NCBI RefSeq assembly: GCF_964194025.1 | Contig: NC_134470.1 | Coordinates: 71,362,001-71,426,000 of the forward strand | Direction of reading: 5' to 3' | DNA length: 64,000 nucleotides | Source of the DNA: Convolutriloba macropyga | Lineage: Eukaryota | Made by a program: the position numbers and the translations under genes | Notes under the pieces: model-generated | Told to the model about the DNA's origin: nothing | Seen by the model: the letters and a program-made list of their open reading frames with translations, nothing else | Databases searched by the model: none | Shown: positions 1-12,075 of the stretch, piece after piece | Numbering within the stretch: the stretch's first letter is position 1 | Layout of the letters: every line of letters starts with the position of its first letter

Positions 1-908
1 AAGAAAAGGCAATGGGTTTCTGAGCTTTGCCAATCTTTTCTGATAATTTTTAGCTTAGTATCTCTAATGACAAGTCACATCTCTCATCTATTGAACTAAC
101 ATTTGCTCTTTATAGCGGTTTTTCCCCAAATGGCCTTTGTTCTCGGTACAACGAGTTTTCATAAAATATTATTGAGTTTTGCATATTCGCCCATTTTTCT
201 AGGTTTGTTTTCTTTTCACAGTCACAATAATGGGCGGTCCTCTGACCACTTGAAAATAACGCCAAAAAATAAATATTGTATAAAGAACTTTTTAATGTTT
301 TTATTGCCTTGCAGACCGGTTTTGTGTCTATATTGAATTTTTTTCTTTTTGCCTGTTTTTGTAGTCGTTCTTTTGTAGTCGTATGACATATTCTGGATAA
401 TGAAAGGTCTCACTCACTCTCTATTGAGGAATATTTGAATTACTCAGTGGTTTCAATTGATGCATAATGTTTCCAATCACGTTGATTTTAATTCTTTTCA
501 AAAAACAACGATTTATTAAACTTTGCTCTTTTGCTCATTTCTTGTCGACTTGTTAACAAGTCACCTTGAAAGGTACCATATTTTTTTCTTATGAAGTACA
601 GGTTAATCTTCTTTAGTTTAAGTTTTGTCTGATGTCATTTTGATTTGGTTATCAATTGTTTTAAAAATATGAACGAGGTTTGGTCGTAATTAATATTTGC
701 AAATATTTGATTTTATCGCTGTATTTTCTGGTAGTCATATTAATGACAGGTCTCATCGGCCCTCTAAGGTATATTGTTTCACTTAGTTGTTTATTGAACG
801 ATTTTTAATTTTTTAAAATCTTTTTCTCATTTGGTAGACAATTATGTGAAAAATGTAGATGAGCGGGGTCGGAACTTTGTGCGAACGCACATTACCGAGC
901 CTCCTTGT
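1..908 (+). mobile_element. 3' part of a Helitron-like non-autonomous element with degenerate internal repeats
   Basis: Ends in GATGAGCGGGGTCGGAACTT-TGTGCG-AA-CGCACA-TTACCGAGCCTC-CTTG|T, a hairpin followed by a CTRR-like end. The same terminus recurs at ~6218-6277, ~7380-7427, ~20483-20567 and inverted at ~59598-59660. Confidence 0.5.
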
Positions 909-1725
909 TAATGTTAGAATCGTTTGTCAGACCCTTCGTTTTCTTTTATTTGCTTTTTGCGTAATTTTTTTTCAAACTCTTGCGTGTAAATTGATTAACT
1001 GGCTTTTAAATGAAATAGAGGTTTCCCTTATATATTCTCAAAGCTGGAATACTTTTTGTAGAAGGTTAGCATTGAAAAAATGTTGAATTAAATTTTCTAA
1101 CGTGAGCATTTAAATTGCGTCTTACAGTGAGGTCAGACAGTAGCTAGCAGTATTCGTTTTGGATGCAGCATCGTGTCTCCTGATTTTTAAAAAGTTATCT
1201 TGAAGGTCTATAAATGAAGTAAATTTAATTAGTATATCCTTTGTAATGAACCTTGAGTTTTGCTTTTGATCAAATAGATTAAGGTGAAAAGTATTAAATG
1301 ACTAAGCGCAGGTGGCTTTTCGCCCTTTTCAATTTTTTGTTAAATCTACCAAAATTGCTTGCGATAGTCTTCGGCTATTCAATTTCTATCTTGCGTTTTC
1401 TGTCTAAAAAAATTTAAGTTTTTTTTTTAAAAAACAGCGCCAAGCACATTATTTAACTTAAGAGCTTAGACATGTGCATGGCATAATTTTTATGTAAGCC
1501 AAAGCAACATATCGTCTACATAGTTCTGAAGTGGCTTTGACATAGATGACCGAATTCCAAATTAGGAGAAAAGTCTCATTGGGATTTGAATGAGGATGCT
1601 CAAATTGCAATAATAACAGTTTGACTGCACGTGGAGATCAAGTTAATTTTTCGTCTGTTTATTGTAACCTCTTTGACTCCTTGAAGTACGAATTATTTTT
1701 TTTGTTTATTTTGCGTAAATTTTTA

Positions 1726-2124
1726 AATTGCTCTTGAACGAAGTTGATAGCAATTATTGTAAATGTGTGTCTTTTCTATGCAAAATTTTCGCTCGACAGT
1801 TTTGACTTTTCGAGTGACTTCTACGCCCTTGACTGTTTGCGTTTCGCGTGATCTAAAATTCTCTCTCAATCACTATTTCAAGCAGCTGAACTCAATTGGC
1901 TGCAATTTAATACTAAAAGTCAAATGAAAAGTGCGCCGAAACTGGTGCCATTTTTTAATTTAAATCTTAACAATGGTATGTTAACCTCTGATGTGGTTAT
2001 TTGAAGCCCACTATTGAACTTCTTAGTCCCATTTAGACTACCCCGACTGGAGCAGGCTGCAATTGATTAGAGCTCTCACTGGTCGTTCGAGAGCAATTCT
2101 TCCGACGTTTAGTCGGTTATGTTT
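1726..2124 (+). mobile_element. Helentron-associated element (HINE-like), family A
   Basis: 5' AATTGCTCTTGAACGA pairs with 3' TCGTTCGAGAGCAATT. This is followed by a CCGAC..GTCGG hairpin and TTATGTTT, with T-rich flanks. Close copy at 35801-36229. Confidence 0.75.
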
Positions 2125-2723
2125 AATAATTGAGGTTATTGTGCTGCCATTATTTTCAAAGCGATTTGTATGAGACAGAGGACATGGCAATTTGAAACAA
2201 AAAATATAGAAAAAATCTAACTGATTTGATAACCTGATGTACGTGCTTCATTTTGAATTTTTATTGGCTCTGTCTCTAAGCGTTTTATATTAAGTATTGA
2301 CTTCGTCATTTATCCTTATATCAATTATCTAGCGCTAACCTATAAAAGTCAAGCAAATTGTAAGAGAATCGTTTTTTCTTATTACTAGAAGAGGAGTTTT
2401 GGCAGAGCGTCTTTTATTGTCATTTGTTTAGTTGCACTGCATGTGAAAGAATTATTATTATTGGAGAGCAATGAAAATTGACATGAAATATTTTTGCAAA
2501 CAGGAAAATTTTCTGGTGTCTGACGTTTCAAAGCTTTTAACTGGTATATTTCTTCTAGATTTGTATTTGGAGTGAGTCAAGTAGGCCCAGAGAGTTGTTT
2601 TTTAAATTTTTGTTTGTTAGTTTTGAGATTTTTGCGCTTACACAATATTATGCATAGAGTGCAAGACGTGCGATTTAAGGGCTTGCAGTGTTTTCAGAAT
2701 TTTTTATGATGTAGAATACTGTT

Positions 2724-3050
2724 GGGCGTATGATATTAAGCGAAAATTCGATTAGTTGAAAGGAATTTTTGTAGCCATCAATCCAAATTTCTGAGCTGAA
2801 GTTTTGTGGAATTTAGGCAAATACTTAAAAAAAGTACTGCAATATCCGCTTCGTAATATAATTGAGTTAAGTGACTGTGGCATTGGTTTAGTAGAGTGCC
2901 GTGATGTTATTGAGTGCAGTGAAAAGACATGCAAAAGATGCTAAAGACGACTTTTAGAGACACCTGACAATTTCATAGCAGCGAGTGGATTTTGATGTAC
3001 TGCCTTTAAGTGTTTTACTTGCTATTCGCCCAGTTTCCACAAAACATTAG
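2724..3050. mobile_element. degenerate MITE related to 34016-34740
   Basis: Shares GGGCGTA.GATATTA.GCGAAA, GTACTGCAATATCCGCTT and CGCC.A.TTTCCACA blocks with the 34 kb element. Confidence 0.55.
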
Positions 3051-3880
3051 GTCAGGATTTTCAAAACCAATAGTTGTGGACAGTTTGTTGTTAAATTTTA
3101 ACGCATTATAAACAAGGTTTGGACAAAAAACGTAGTGAAAAATATCCAACTCCCCCTTGTTTAAGATACTTTTCAGAAGTTAATACTGAATGACTATAAC
3201 ATCTTGCCAAAGACAGTTCATTTACCGCTGAAATCTATTTTCAGTTTTCCAAAAAGCTTTAGAAATAAAACGCTATTATTTTCAGATATGAAACAAAAAA
3301 GCTGTTTTGCTTGCGTCTGCATAACTATGCGATCCGGCGTTCTCACTGTTCTTAAATTGACTATTACAGTTTCCAAGGGAAGAACATCCAACAAATATAG
3401 CTTAGTAATGTTTTTTGTATTTTTTCTGATTTGTCATCTCAAACCATTTGTATCATATCTACGTAACTATGGAACTTGGGTGCTTACTTTTCAAAAATCC
3501 GTTATCAACATACCGTGAAAAAAGGCATTATCTAAACTGTCTGTAAATCTCGATGTTTCATTTTGAGAAAATTGTTTACAATTCAGTCTAGTAGGTATCA
3601 AAGATTCTGATGGCTTAGCAATTATCTAAGTGTTTCATTTCGAGTTGATATTCCAGGCTGAATTGTTTAATGGGATATATAATATATTTTACTGTGGATA
3701 AACTTTTTGGCGGTCGTTATGTTAGATCCATCTAGCTGTGATTTTTTGCTGTCTAGATTGCAAAAATTTGGAAACGTAACGGACCGAATTTTTTTAAAAA
3801 AAGACATTTAACAAAGTGTGTCTGTTACCACAAACATGCGTTTTTATTGTATTACTTTTGACATTTTTTGTTGTGTTCTT

Positions 3881-5831
3881 AATAGCCGCGTCCTCAATTC
3901 CAGGCGGCTATTATTGCGCTCCTAATTTTTACAATTCAAAGAACTTGAATTGAGTTGTGGCGCTGTCTTTTTTTACGACGACTCGAAGAGGAGTATTGGA
4001 AAACTCTTTTAAATCAATTTTATTGGAGTGAATTTTGAAGCGGGAAATGAAACACGTGAAAAAATTTTGAGTGATTTTGTTGCCGTACAAAATGAAGAGT
4101 GGGGCGAAAAGAGAGCGGTTTTTGTTCATATCTTTGTTTTCTAGAGAGCGGGAAATTGATTGAGATGTGAAAAAATTTCTTTAAGCGAGCGAAATTTTTT
4201 GTTCATGTGCGGCATTTAACAGCAGTTTTTTTCATTTTTTTGGTTAAGAGGTTTGGTTATGATTTTTGTTTTAATTTTAGGCTTTTTTTGGTAGTGGATT
4301 AAAGGTTTCTGAAAATTCATCTGAATTTTATGCTAATTCGGAGGTTTTTCATGTATTTTGCTCATTTTCGGGCTAATTTTAGAGTTTTTCGACGATTTTT
4401 TTGTTTTACTGGCTCAAATGGGTATTGAAACCCTTATACGTGACCAAATTTTCAATAACAATCGGTTAAAGTTTTGTGATGAGTCATTTTTATTGTTGAA
4501 ATACGGCAAAAAATGGCGAAAATGGCAACTATTTTTTTGCAGTTTTTCGTTTTTCTTTCTGTTTTTTTAGGCAACTTAGTTTTCTTAGACTTTTATGACT
4601 TTCTTATTGGTTTGCGAGCATCTGGATACCCCATTGGCTTAAAGAATATTTTCTTTGGGTTTAAATTCTTTTGTAATATTAAGAATCATAGTAACTTTTT
4701 CCAGTTTTTTAGTGCAAGTTGTTTTAAGAGCTTTTTTTTCATAATTTGGCCTCAAGTTTTTTTAAGAAAATCACATAGGTGGTTTTAGTTAGTACTAGTT
4801 TCTTTGATGAAGTAGTTTTGGCAGAGATAGTTATTTCGGGATCTCAATTTATAACAAAATTTGTTCAAGAGTTTTTTATCATATTTCAACAGATTTGATT
4901 TTTTTGTTTTTACTTTTTTGTTTTATTGTTTTGTTTAAGATAATCATAAATTAGTGGTGGCACGTTTTGTCTGACGAGTAGTTGGGTGGCGTTTAAATGG
5001 ATTTCCACTTCGAGTCGTTTCCGGAATTCTTCCGGCTGTTTTTTTAAGATCTGTTCACACATTTTCATGATTTTTGAAGTTAAATTGGAATACTGATTTT
5101 GGTCATGCCGAAACACGAAGTGGAGCGAAAAAGCGAGTGGTTTTGCGGCGTGAAATGTCTTTGCTCTAATTTTAAATTATAGTGAGAAAACGGTGTTTGA
5201 ACAAAAATTCGCTTTCTCGCTAGTGGTTTTTTGTTCACATGCGGTTTTTGTTCACATGAGATTTCACTTTGATTTTTGCTGTTTTTCTTCATTTTTTAGG
5301 ATTGGATTTTTTCTAAATGGTTTTCCCAATCGATTCATAGTCCGTTCTAGGTCTAGTTTTCTGTTTAGTAAATGAAAATTCTTTGAATTTTGCGTCAGGA
5401 CTTGTCCTGCTATGTTTTTTTTACTTCGTGTAACAGATTTTTGTTTCGTCTTACCGTGACGTCATTTCTGCATTTAGCGTGACTTACCTCAAAAAAAAAA
5501 TTCTGAACTCACTTATGGAACTTCAATTTTTATGAACCTTTACTCGTTAAAGATCAATTGTGTGCATCTAAGTGGTGCCAAACTTATATGCCCTAATTCT
5601 TGAGTATTAGTCTTGAGTTTTTGATTTCGAATATCAATTTTGAGAAAGCTCTTTTAGGGCTTTTTCCTTATAGACCGTATGTGTCATAAAATTGACAGTA
5701 CGTATCTAACCCAAAAAATCTAGTGGTCTACTAAAGGACTTTTTGTCAATCTGCCTATCTTGTTTCGTTAGTTGTTTTATTTCATGGAAGGCCACATCGC
5801 GGCTATTCTCCGGCAATCTGCCGGCTATGTT
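3881..5831 (+). mobile_element. triple-nested HINE-like elements: B (3881-5831) containing D (3931-5414) containing C (3975-5038)
   Basis: Left ends AATAGCCGC, ACAATTCAAAGAA and ACGACTCGAA occur in succession, each after a T-run. The matching right ends occur in reverse order: TTCGAGTCGT + CCGGAA..TTCCGG, TTCTTTGAATT + CAGGACTTGTCCTG, and GCGGCTATT + CCGGCAATCTGCCGG. Confidence 0.8.
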
Positions 5832-7455
5832 ATATATTGTTGAAACTACATTCGAGCGAATCGTGCAATGTTCGCGAAAATGTCGATTCTGGTGTAGCGA
5901 TAGAGCAAAATATGCTTGGTTTTTAATTGTTTTGCCTTCATCTTTTGTTCTTTCTTTTATAATATCTGCCAGCCTTATATAATGTCTGCTCTTTCTGAAA
6001 GTTCTCGTTTCAATATTTTTTGCTGATAAAGTAGGCGATAAAATCTGAATTTTACGTGTTCAATGTGTGGATGTACTTCTGGTGGTTTTTCATTTTTTCT
6101 CTGCTCTGTTTGAGAGAGTTCTGGATGTTGAATTCAGCAACTTTGTGAAAACGCTTTGGTGTCATTTTTTCTAGTTTTCTCACAATTTGATATTCACATT
6201 CTGTCCTATAGAAGACAAAAAATGTGGATTGTAGGGGTCGGAACATTGTGATTTCGCACATTACCGCGATTCCTTGTTTGAATATTACAACACTTTTTCT
6301 AACGATCTTATTATGTGACGTTCTGATGCTATATTTAATAAGATTTTTGCTGATAAATTGGGGGACATGAACATTACGTCATTTGACGGGGGGGGGGGGG
6401 GGGGGGGGGGTTAAAACATCACGTGGTGGTAATAATGGTAATGTGCGAGACGTAAAAACCAATGAAGGGTTGACGGTTGACACCGAATAGATTCCATAAT
6501 TGCTAACAAACAAAGTTTTCGTAGCATTTTTTGTGTAGAGTTTGTCTGATCTTCAGACTATGCAACTGAGATAGTGGCAAAATTATATTACCAAGCGTCA
6601 AATAAGAATGCGCTCTGATTTATTTAACATCCCAATTCAATCCACTGTTAGTGGTTAATTCCCCTCAACGTTTGTAGCAATTATTTAAGTCATGTCGTAC
6701 GACCGGTTTGTCGTCCGACAACTTTTCGAGTAATTTTTTGAATGTGACATTTTGATTTTGCGTTTTAAATTCCTCTCTTTAAGAATTGAAAACAGCTTAA
6801 CTTAATTCATCCAAACGAAAGCCAAAAACAAATTAACAACTGAAGAAACTGGAAAAATAACTATTTAACTCACCAAAATAAAAGCAGAAATCGGAACACC
6901 TTCGACGATTTACCTTTCATGGAACAACTAATAGCATCCACGCAATTGTCGAATAATAAACATAGACTAACAAATTCAATGCAACAAATTCAAAGCATCC
7001 TAGGAATGAAAGTTACGAAACTAGGAACGAAAGTTGAATACACTTAGCGAGGTTTAACTTTTTGACGGAAAAGCAAACAGGGAGGGAGATTTTTACTTAA
7101 TCATTTGCGCATATTGTTCTGAACTTATGTCAATAGAAACAGTTATTATATCGTTATAAGTCTGCAACACAAATAGATTTGAAAAGTTCTTTCTTAACTC
7201 ATTAGTAATAAAGTTCTTTGCGCAGGAATTAGTTGATGGTGCTGACTCGTCAATATAAATACAAATTGCTGTCGTTGGTGAACTTAGACAAATTTTGAAA
7301 GAATTTGTCTCTTGTCTTTCTTCTGTTTAGGAACCGATGGCTTACAACAAATGGGAGAAACGAAAAAATTTTCAAGCTAAGGTGTCGGAATATGATGTGC
7401 AAACGCACATTACCGAGCCTCCTTTTTCGCTTTTATTTCAAATAGTTAAATTGCG

Positions 7456-7840
7456 GGTGTACCGTTTTTTCACCCCTATTCTTTTTACATTTAACCCCGA
7501 TTTATTCACCCCTGTATCATTTAACCCCTCTATCTTTTCACCCCGATCTTTCTATAACATAAGCATTATTAACTTAGCTATATAATCATTTGGCCATGCC
7601 TCGTGGGCCATGGCCATGCATCAGTGGCCCGTGGGACTTGATATGAAACTATCACAACCGAACGTGGGATTAATTTATCCACTTAATTTTGACAAAACAT
7701 GCCTTTAATGTCGACTGCTAATTGGCGGGATGAAATGATAGAGGGGTGAAATGATAGAGGGGTTAAATGATAGAGAGGTTAAATGATAGAGGGGTGAATA
7801 AATCGGGGTCAATTGAATAGGGGTGAAAGAAAGTAGAACC
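7456..7840. mobile_element. foldback-type MITE with tandemly repeated inverted arms
   Basis: Arms are built of ~17-bp units (TTCACCCCTGTATCATT on the left, AATGATAGAGGGGTGA on the right). Termini are GGT..ACC. Direct repeat AAATTGCG at 7448-7455 and 7841-7848 gives an 8-bp TSD. Confidence 0.75.
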
Positions 7841-8582
7841 AAATTGCGTTGGTGTTAAACTATCATTGCTGGCTTTGCTGAAATCTTTGATGTGTTAAGT
7901 TGCATTAAATCTGTTACCTCTGTATATTATTTGTCAATTCTCTGCGAAAAGAAAAACATTCCTATTACTTTCCATGCTTTTCATTTCTGCATGAGAGGCA
8001 AATTTGAAAGATAACTCATCAGATCTGTTCCGATTGCTGGTGTTGTTTTTAGTGCTTTAATTTTTTACCAAACGTTGATTTAATTTTCGTCCTTTCTTTC
8101 GTCCATTTAACTCGCAACTTTTTTAAATCAATAGCCGCCCTTATCTTTTTAGTCGGCTATGAAAGCGCTCCTATTGTTTAAGACTCGAAGAGGGGTATTG
8201 GTGGAGCATCTTCTTTTGATCGGCAATCTTGTTGGAGTGTATTTAAAACAGAAATGGAAACCTGAAGAGCCGAAGGAAGAGAGTAGTTTCCTGTTTATGT
8301 CGCATTTTTGAGAGCGAGAGAGTGAGAATAGTAGGTGTAAAATTATCATGTGCGGCTTTTCGTTTTTTTAAAATTGAAAATCCATTTTTCAATTGAAGGT
8401 GTTCATATAAATAATATACTTTGGCAAGACTGCATTTGGAAGCATTTTTAACCACCTGAAGAAAGTAATACAGTTTTTGGAATCGATTTTGAGCTGTTTT
8501 ACCGTTTTGTTTGCCGATTTTTGGCAGTTTTTTATTCTTCAAATTTTATAGCATTTGAGTTCTGTGGTTCTTTTTTGTTGTT

Positions 8583-9060
8583 AATAGCCGCACAGCGATA
8601 GCTGGGGCTATTATTGGCCTTCTCTTGGTTTTTTTTTTATTTCGTCGCGATTTTTGTTACGACCATATGACGTCACAACCACTTCCAATCTGCTTTTTGT
8701 TCATTCGTTCATGCAATTTCAACTGAAGTGCGTGTGTGACGTTATTTTTTGCTCTTAGTGGAGCGAGTTTTGTTCATTCGCGTGATTAAATTTTGGTCAC
8801 ACTTGACTAACCTCACTCTCAAAAATGACTTCCTGAGTTTGAAATTGACCTTAATTCAAAGAGATAAGGTCAAATGAGTGTGTGTCACTCTAAATGAAGG
8901 TTATTTGAGAGCAGCTAATAGAGGCAGCAAAAACTTATACAGATTTTTTATCAATATATAACATATCAGCCTTCAATGAAAAGACGAATTTTTTTGTCTG
9001 TCTTTCTACTGTTTTTTGAGACTGCAGATCAAAGCTATTGCGGCTATTTCTGCCAGCTCT
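8583..9060 (+). mobile_element. HINE-like family B, uninterrupted copy
   Basis: 5' AATAGCCGC..GGCTATT hairpin and 3' GCGGCTATT. The body matches 9718-10140, 25275-25690 and 55821-56266. Confidence 0.7.
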
Positions 9061-9088
9061 GACTGCCTTTTTTTAATTGATTTTCATA

Positions 9089-9606
9089 AATAGCCCCCGA
9101 CAGCCTCTCAACGGCTATTATATAGGCCCCCTACTTTTTTTAAATTCGCTATACCTTTTGATCTCGTTTTTTTGGACATAAGTGAGGATTTTCACGTTTG
9201 ACTCATGACTTACCTCACTCACTGTTTCAACCAAATAGATTTCAATTTCTTTTGCACCTTGAATTACGCAATGTAGTGAATGTTAACAAAAACGCGCGGC
9301 ATAAAGAAACGGGATATACCGATAAAGCCCAGCCATTATGTCATAAAGCAAGCATTAGGTTATCAAAGTTCATTAGACGGTTGCTAGCTGACATTGGTAT
9401 TAAGCTTAATAGCCTTTAGATTAGAAAATGATTTGAGTATAGTTTTAGAAACTAACTGAAATTACACAACGAATTACATGAAAGGCTTTTTGGAACTTGG
9501 GAAAAAAATTCTGTCAATTTGTCTTCTTTTGTCTTCTGTTTCAATCTCAATGTTCGTCCAGCGCGTTAATGGTAGCTATATTTCGGCAATCTGCCGGCAA
9601 TGTTTG
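9089..9606 (+). mobile_element. HINE-like family B, second body type, uninterrupted
   Basis: 5' AATAGCC..GGCTATT and 3' GTAGCTAT..TCGGCAATCTGCCGGCAATGTTT. The body matches 23761-24186 and 41701-42040. Confidence 0.65.
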
Positions 9607-9717
9607 GGTTTTTTTAAATGATAACTGAGTAATTTTCGCCAATTTTGTCTGTTTTTACATTTTTTTGCCTATTTCTTCTGAATAACATTTGAGTTCTGTG
9701 GTTCTTTTTTGTTGTTA

Positions 9718-10948
9718 ATAGCCGCACAGCGATAGCTGGGGCTATTATTGGCCTTCTCTTGGTTTTTTTTTTCGTCACAACTTTTGTTACGACCATATGA
9801 CGTCACAACCACTTCAAATCTGTTTTTTGTTCATTCGTTCATGCAATTTCAACTGAAGTGCGCGTGTGACGTCATTTTTTGCCCTTAATGGAGCGAGTTT
9901 TGTTCATTCGCGTGATTAAATTTTGGTCACACTTGACTAACCTCACTCTCAAAAATGACTGAGTTTGAAATTGACTTATTTACTGTAATTCAAAGAGATA
10001 AGGTCAAATTGGTGTGTCACTCTAAATGAAGGTTATTTGAGAGCAGCTAATGGAGGCAGCAAAAACTTATACAGATTTTTAATCAAAATATAACGTATCA
10101 TCCTTCAATGAAAAGAAGAATTTTTTTGGTGTCTTTTTTACTGATAAGTTGTGTTTACACATTTTCATGAATTTTGAAGTCGTATTGGAGTGGTGATTTT
10201 GGTCATGCCAAATCATGAATTGGAGCGAAAAAGCAAGTGCTTTCGCGGCGTGAAATTTATTCACTCTAATTTTAAATTAGAGAGAAAACGGTGTTTGAAC
10301 AAAAATTGGCTTTCTCGCTAGTGGTTTTTTTCACATGCGGCATTTTCTCTTTGGTTTTGTCTGTTTTGCGATTTTTGGATCGGATTTTTTTTTCTAAATG
10401 GTTTCCCAATTCATTCTTAGTCTGTTCTGGGTGTAGTTTTTGTTTAGTCACTGAAAATTCTTTGAATTGTACGTCAGGGCTTGTCCTGCTATGTTTTTTA
10501 ATTCGTTGGGTAAAAAATTTGTTCCGCTTTATCTTGGGTGACAGCTTGTTCAACATTCTATATGAAATCTTTTGACCTCTTCTGGCTAGATTCATTTGTC
10601 GCTCAAAGTACTTTTAAACCGCAGTTGCTGAGCAAAGCAACCTTAAGTAAACAGAATCATTAACAAAAACGAAATCAGAAACTTGATTAACCCATAAAAA
10701 CCCAATTTTGAATACACTCTACGTGCACTTTGTTCTGATAAGTCTTAGTTATCATCTCTAATGCTTTTTGGTATTGATATCCTTCTTTCATTAAGAAACA
10801 GGAGTATGCCTAACTACAATATCCAATCAAAATGTTTCGTAAAATTTTCATTGCTCTTTTTTTAATTTTCTTCTGTGCTTTTAATCACAACCTGGGTAGT
10901 GTTAATCAATGGGAGCTAATTTCCAGTAATCTGCTGGGTATATTTTTT
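9718..10948 (+). mobile_element. composite B + truncated D + B 3' end
   Basis: 9640-10140 duplicates ~8505-9010. A D body runs ~10150-10494 and ends CAGGGCTTGTCCTGCTATG. A B-type end (CCAGTAATCTGCTGG) lies at ~10912-10948. Confidence 0.55.
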
Positions 10949-11610
10949 TTACTTGCTTGTTGATTTATTGAGCACGGATTTTAGTAGGTTTTTATCTTTG
11001 TTCAGCGTCCTTTTCTCTTATCTAAATGTGAAGTCATGCCAAATTTGTCATGAACTTTCAATAGCTTAAATTTGAAAGCTCAGTATTTAGCCAACATCTG
11101 CAAGCATCAAGTTAGCTTTCGGGAGAACATAGGGAACTAAAGACAGGCTAGTAAAATAATATTGTTGACTGGTTAGGTATTGAGACATACTGCTTCATGG
11201 ATTTCGAGGTATCATATAATTCCCATTTCCCAAGTAACCTACTTTCCGCTGTGAAAATTGCAGGATAAAAGATTCGAAAACAGTTTGTTTTAGTTGTCAA
11301 AAAGCAGTCTGAACCTTTTTACGCAACTTTATGAACCAATGGGCGCCTTCAAAAACTTATGTTGGTAAACATATTGCTCTCGAACACAAAATAGGTAAAA
11401 TGTTTTCATTCAGTTATGACAATTAAGTGGCAAATTACTGACAGCATGTATAGCGCAGATCGAAAATGGGAAATCGTTGGATAGAATGTAGCCTATCTAC
11501 CTGGGAAAGGAAGGGGAGATGCAATTGTAGTGCTCCGATTAAGTGAATAACTCAAGCCCTATAAACGACCCACAAAATTTTTATCAGTGAAGCAAAATTA
11601 GATATTTTTA

Positions 11611-11800
11611 ATTGCTCTCAAACGAAGTTGGTAGCATTTATATTAGTCCTGTTGGTCTTTTTTATACAATTTTCCACTTGATCAATTTTTTGTCAGACGC
11701 TTGTAACGTTTCGTTCCTAAATACTGGATAATCATGTAAAGCCCGGAGGGCATTAAATTGCTGAGCACCTCTCTTAGAGCTCTGCTACTGTACAATTCAT
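11611..11800 (+). mobile_element. 5' part of a HINE-like family A element
   Basis: ATTGCTCTCAAACGAAGTT..TATTAGTCCTGT matches the 5' end of the 43484 copy. No 3' end found. Confidence 0.6.
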
Positions 11801-11848
11801 CGAAGCTACTGAGAGAGACTAGACCCGTTTCGGAGGTTTGGACTGACC

Positions 11849-12075
11849 CCCTTTCCCTATCTGCCGCCTCATCCCCCGCTCGCTATACCCCTCCCCACCT
11901 CGTCCACCCCTCGTCTCATTCCACCATTAACCCTGCTCGCTCGAACTTGTGGCTGAGAGGGATCTCAAGGGGTAGAGGGAGGGTTGGTGGAGCGAGCAGT
12001 GTTAGGGGTGGAATGAGACGAGGAGTGTATGATGGGGGAGGGGGTGAAATGAAAGGGAAGGCAGATAGAGAAGGC
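11849..12075. repeat. long imperfect inverted repeat with C-rich and G-rich arms
   Basis: CTCGTCTCATTCCACC..CTGCTCGCTC pairs with GAGCGAGCAG..GGTGGAATGAGACGAG, and CTATCTGCC pairs with GGCAGATAG. Confidence 0.8.

Noticed and set aside
6387-6410. Poly-G tracts (also ~12287 and ~54532) as functional G-quadruplexes
   Set aside because: They are simple homopolymers with no supporting context, and their lengths are error-prone.
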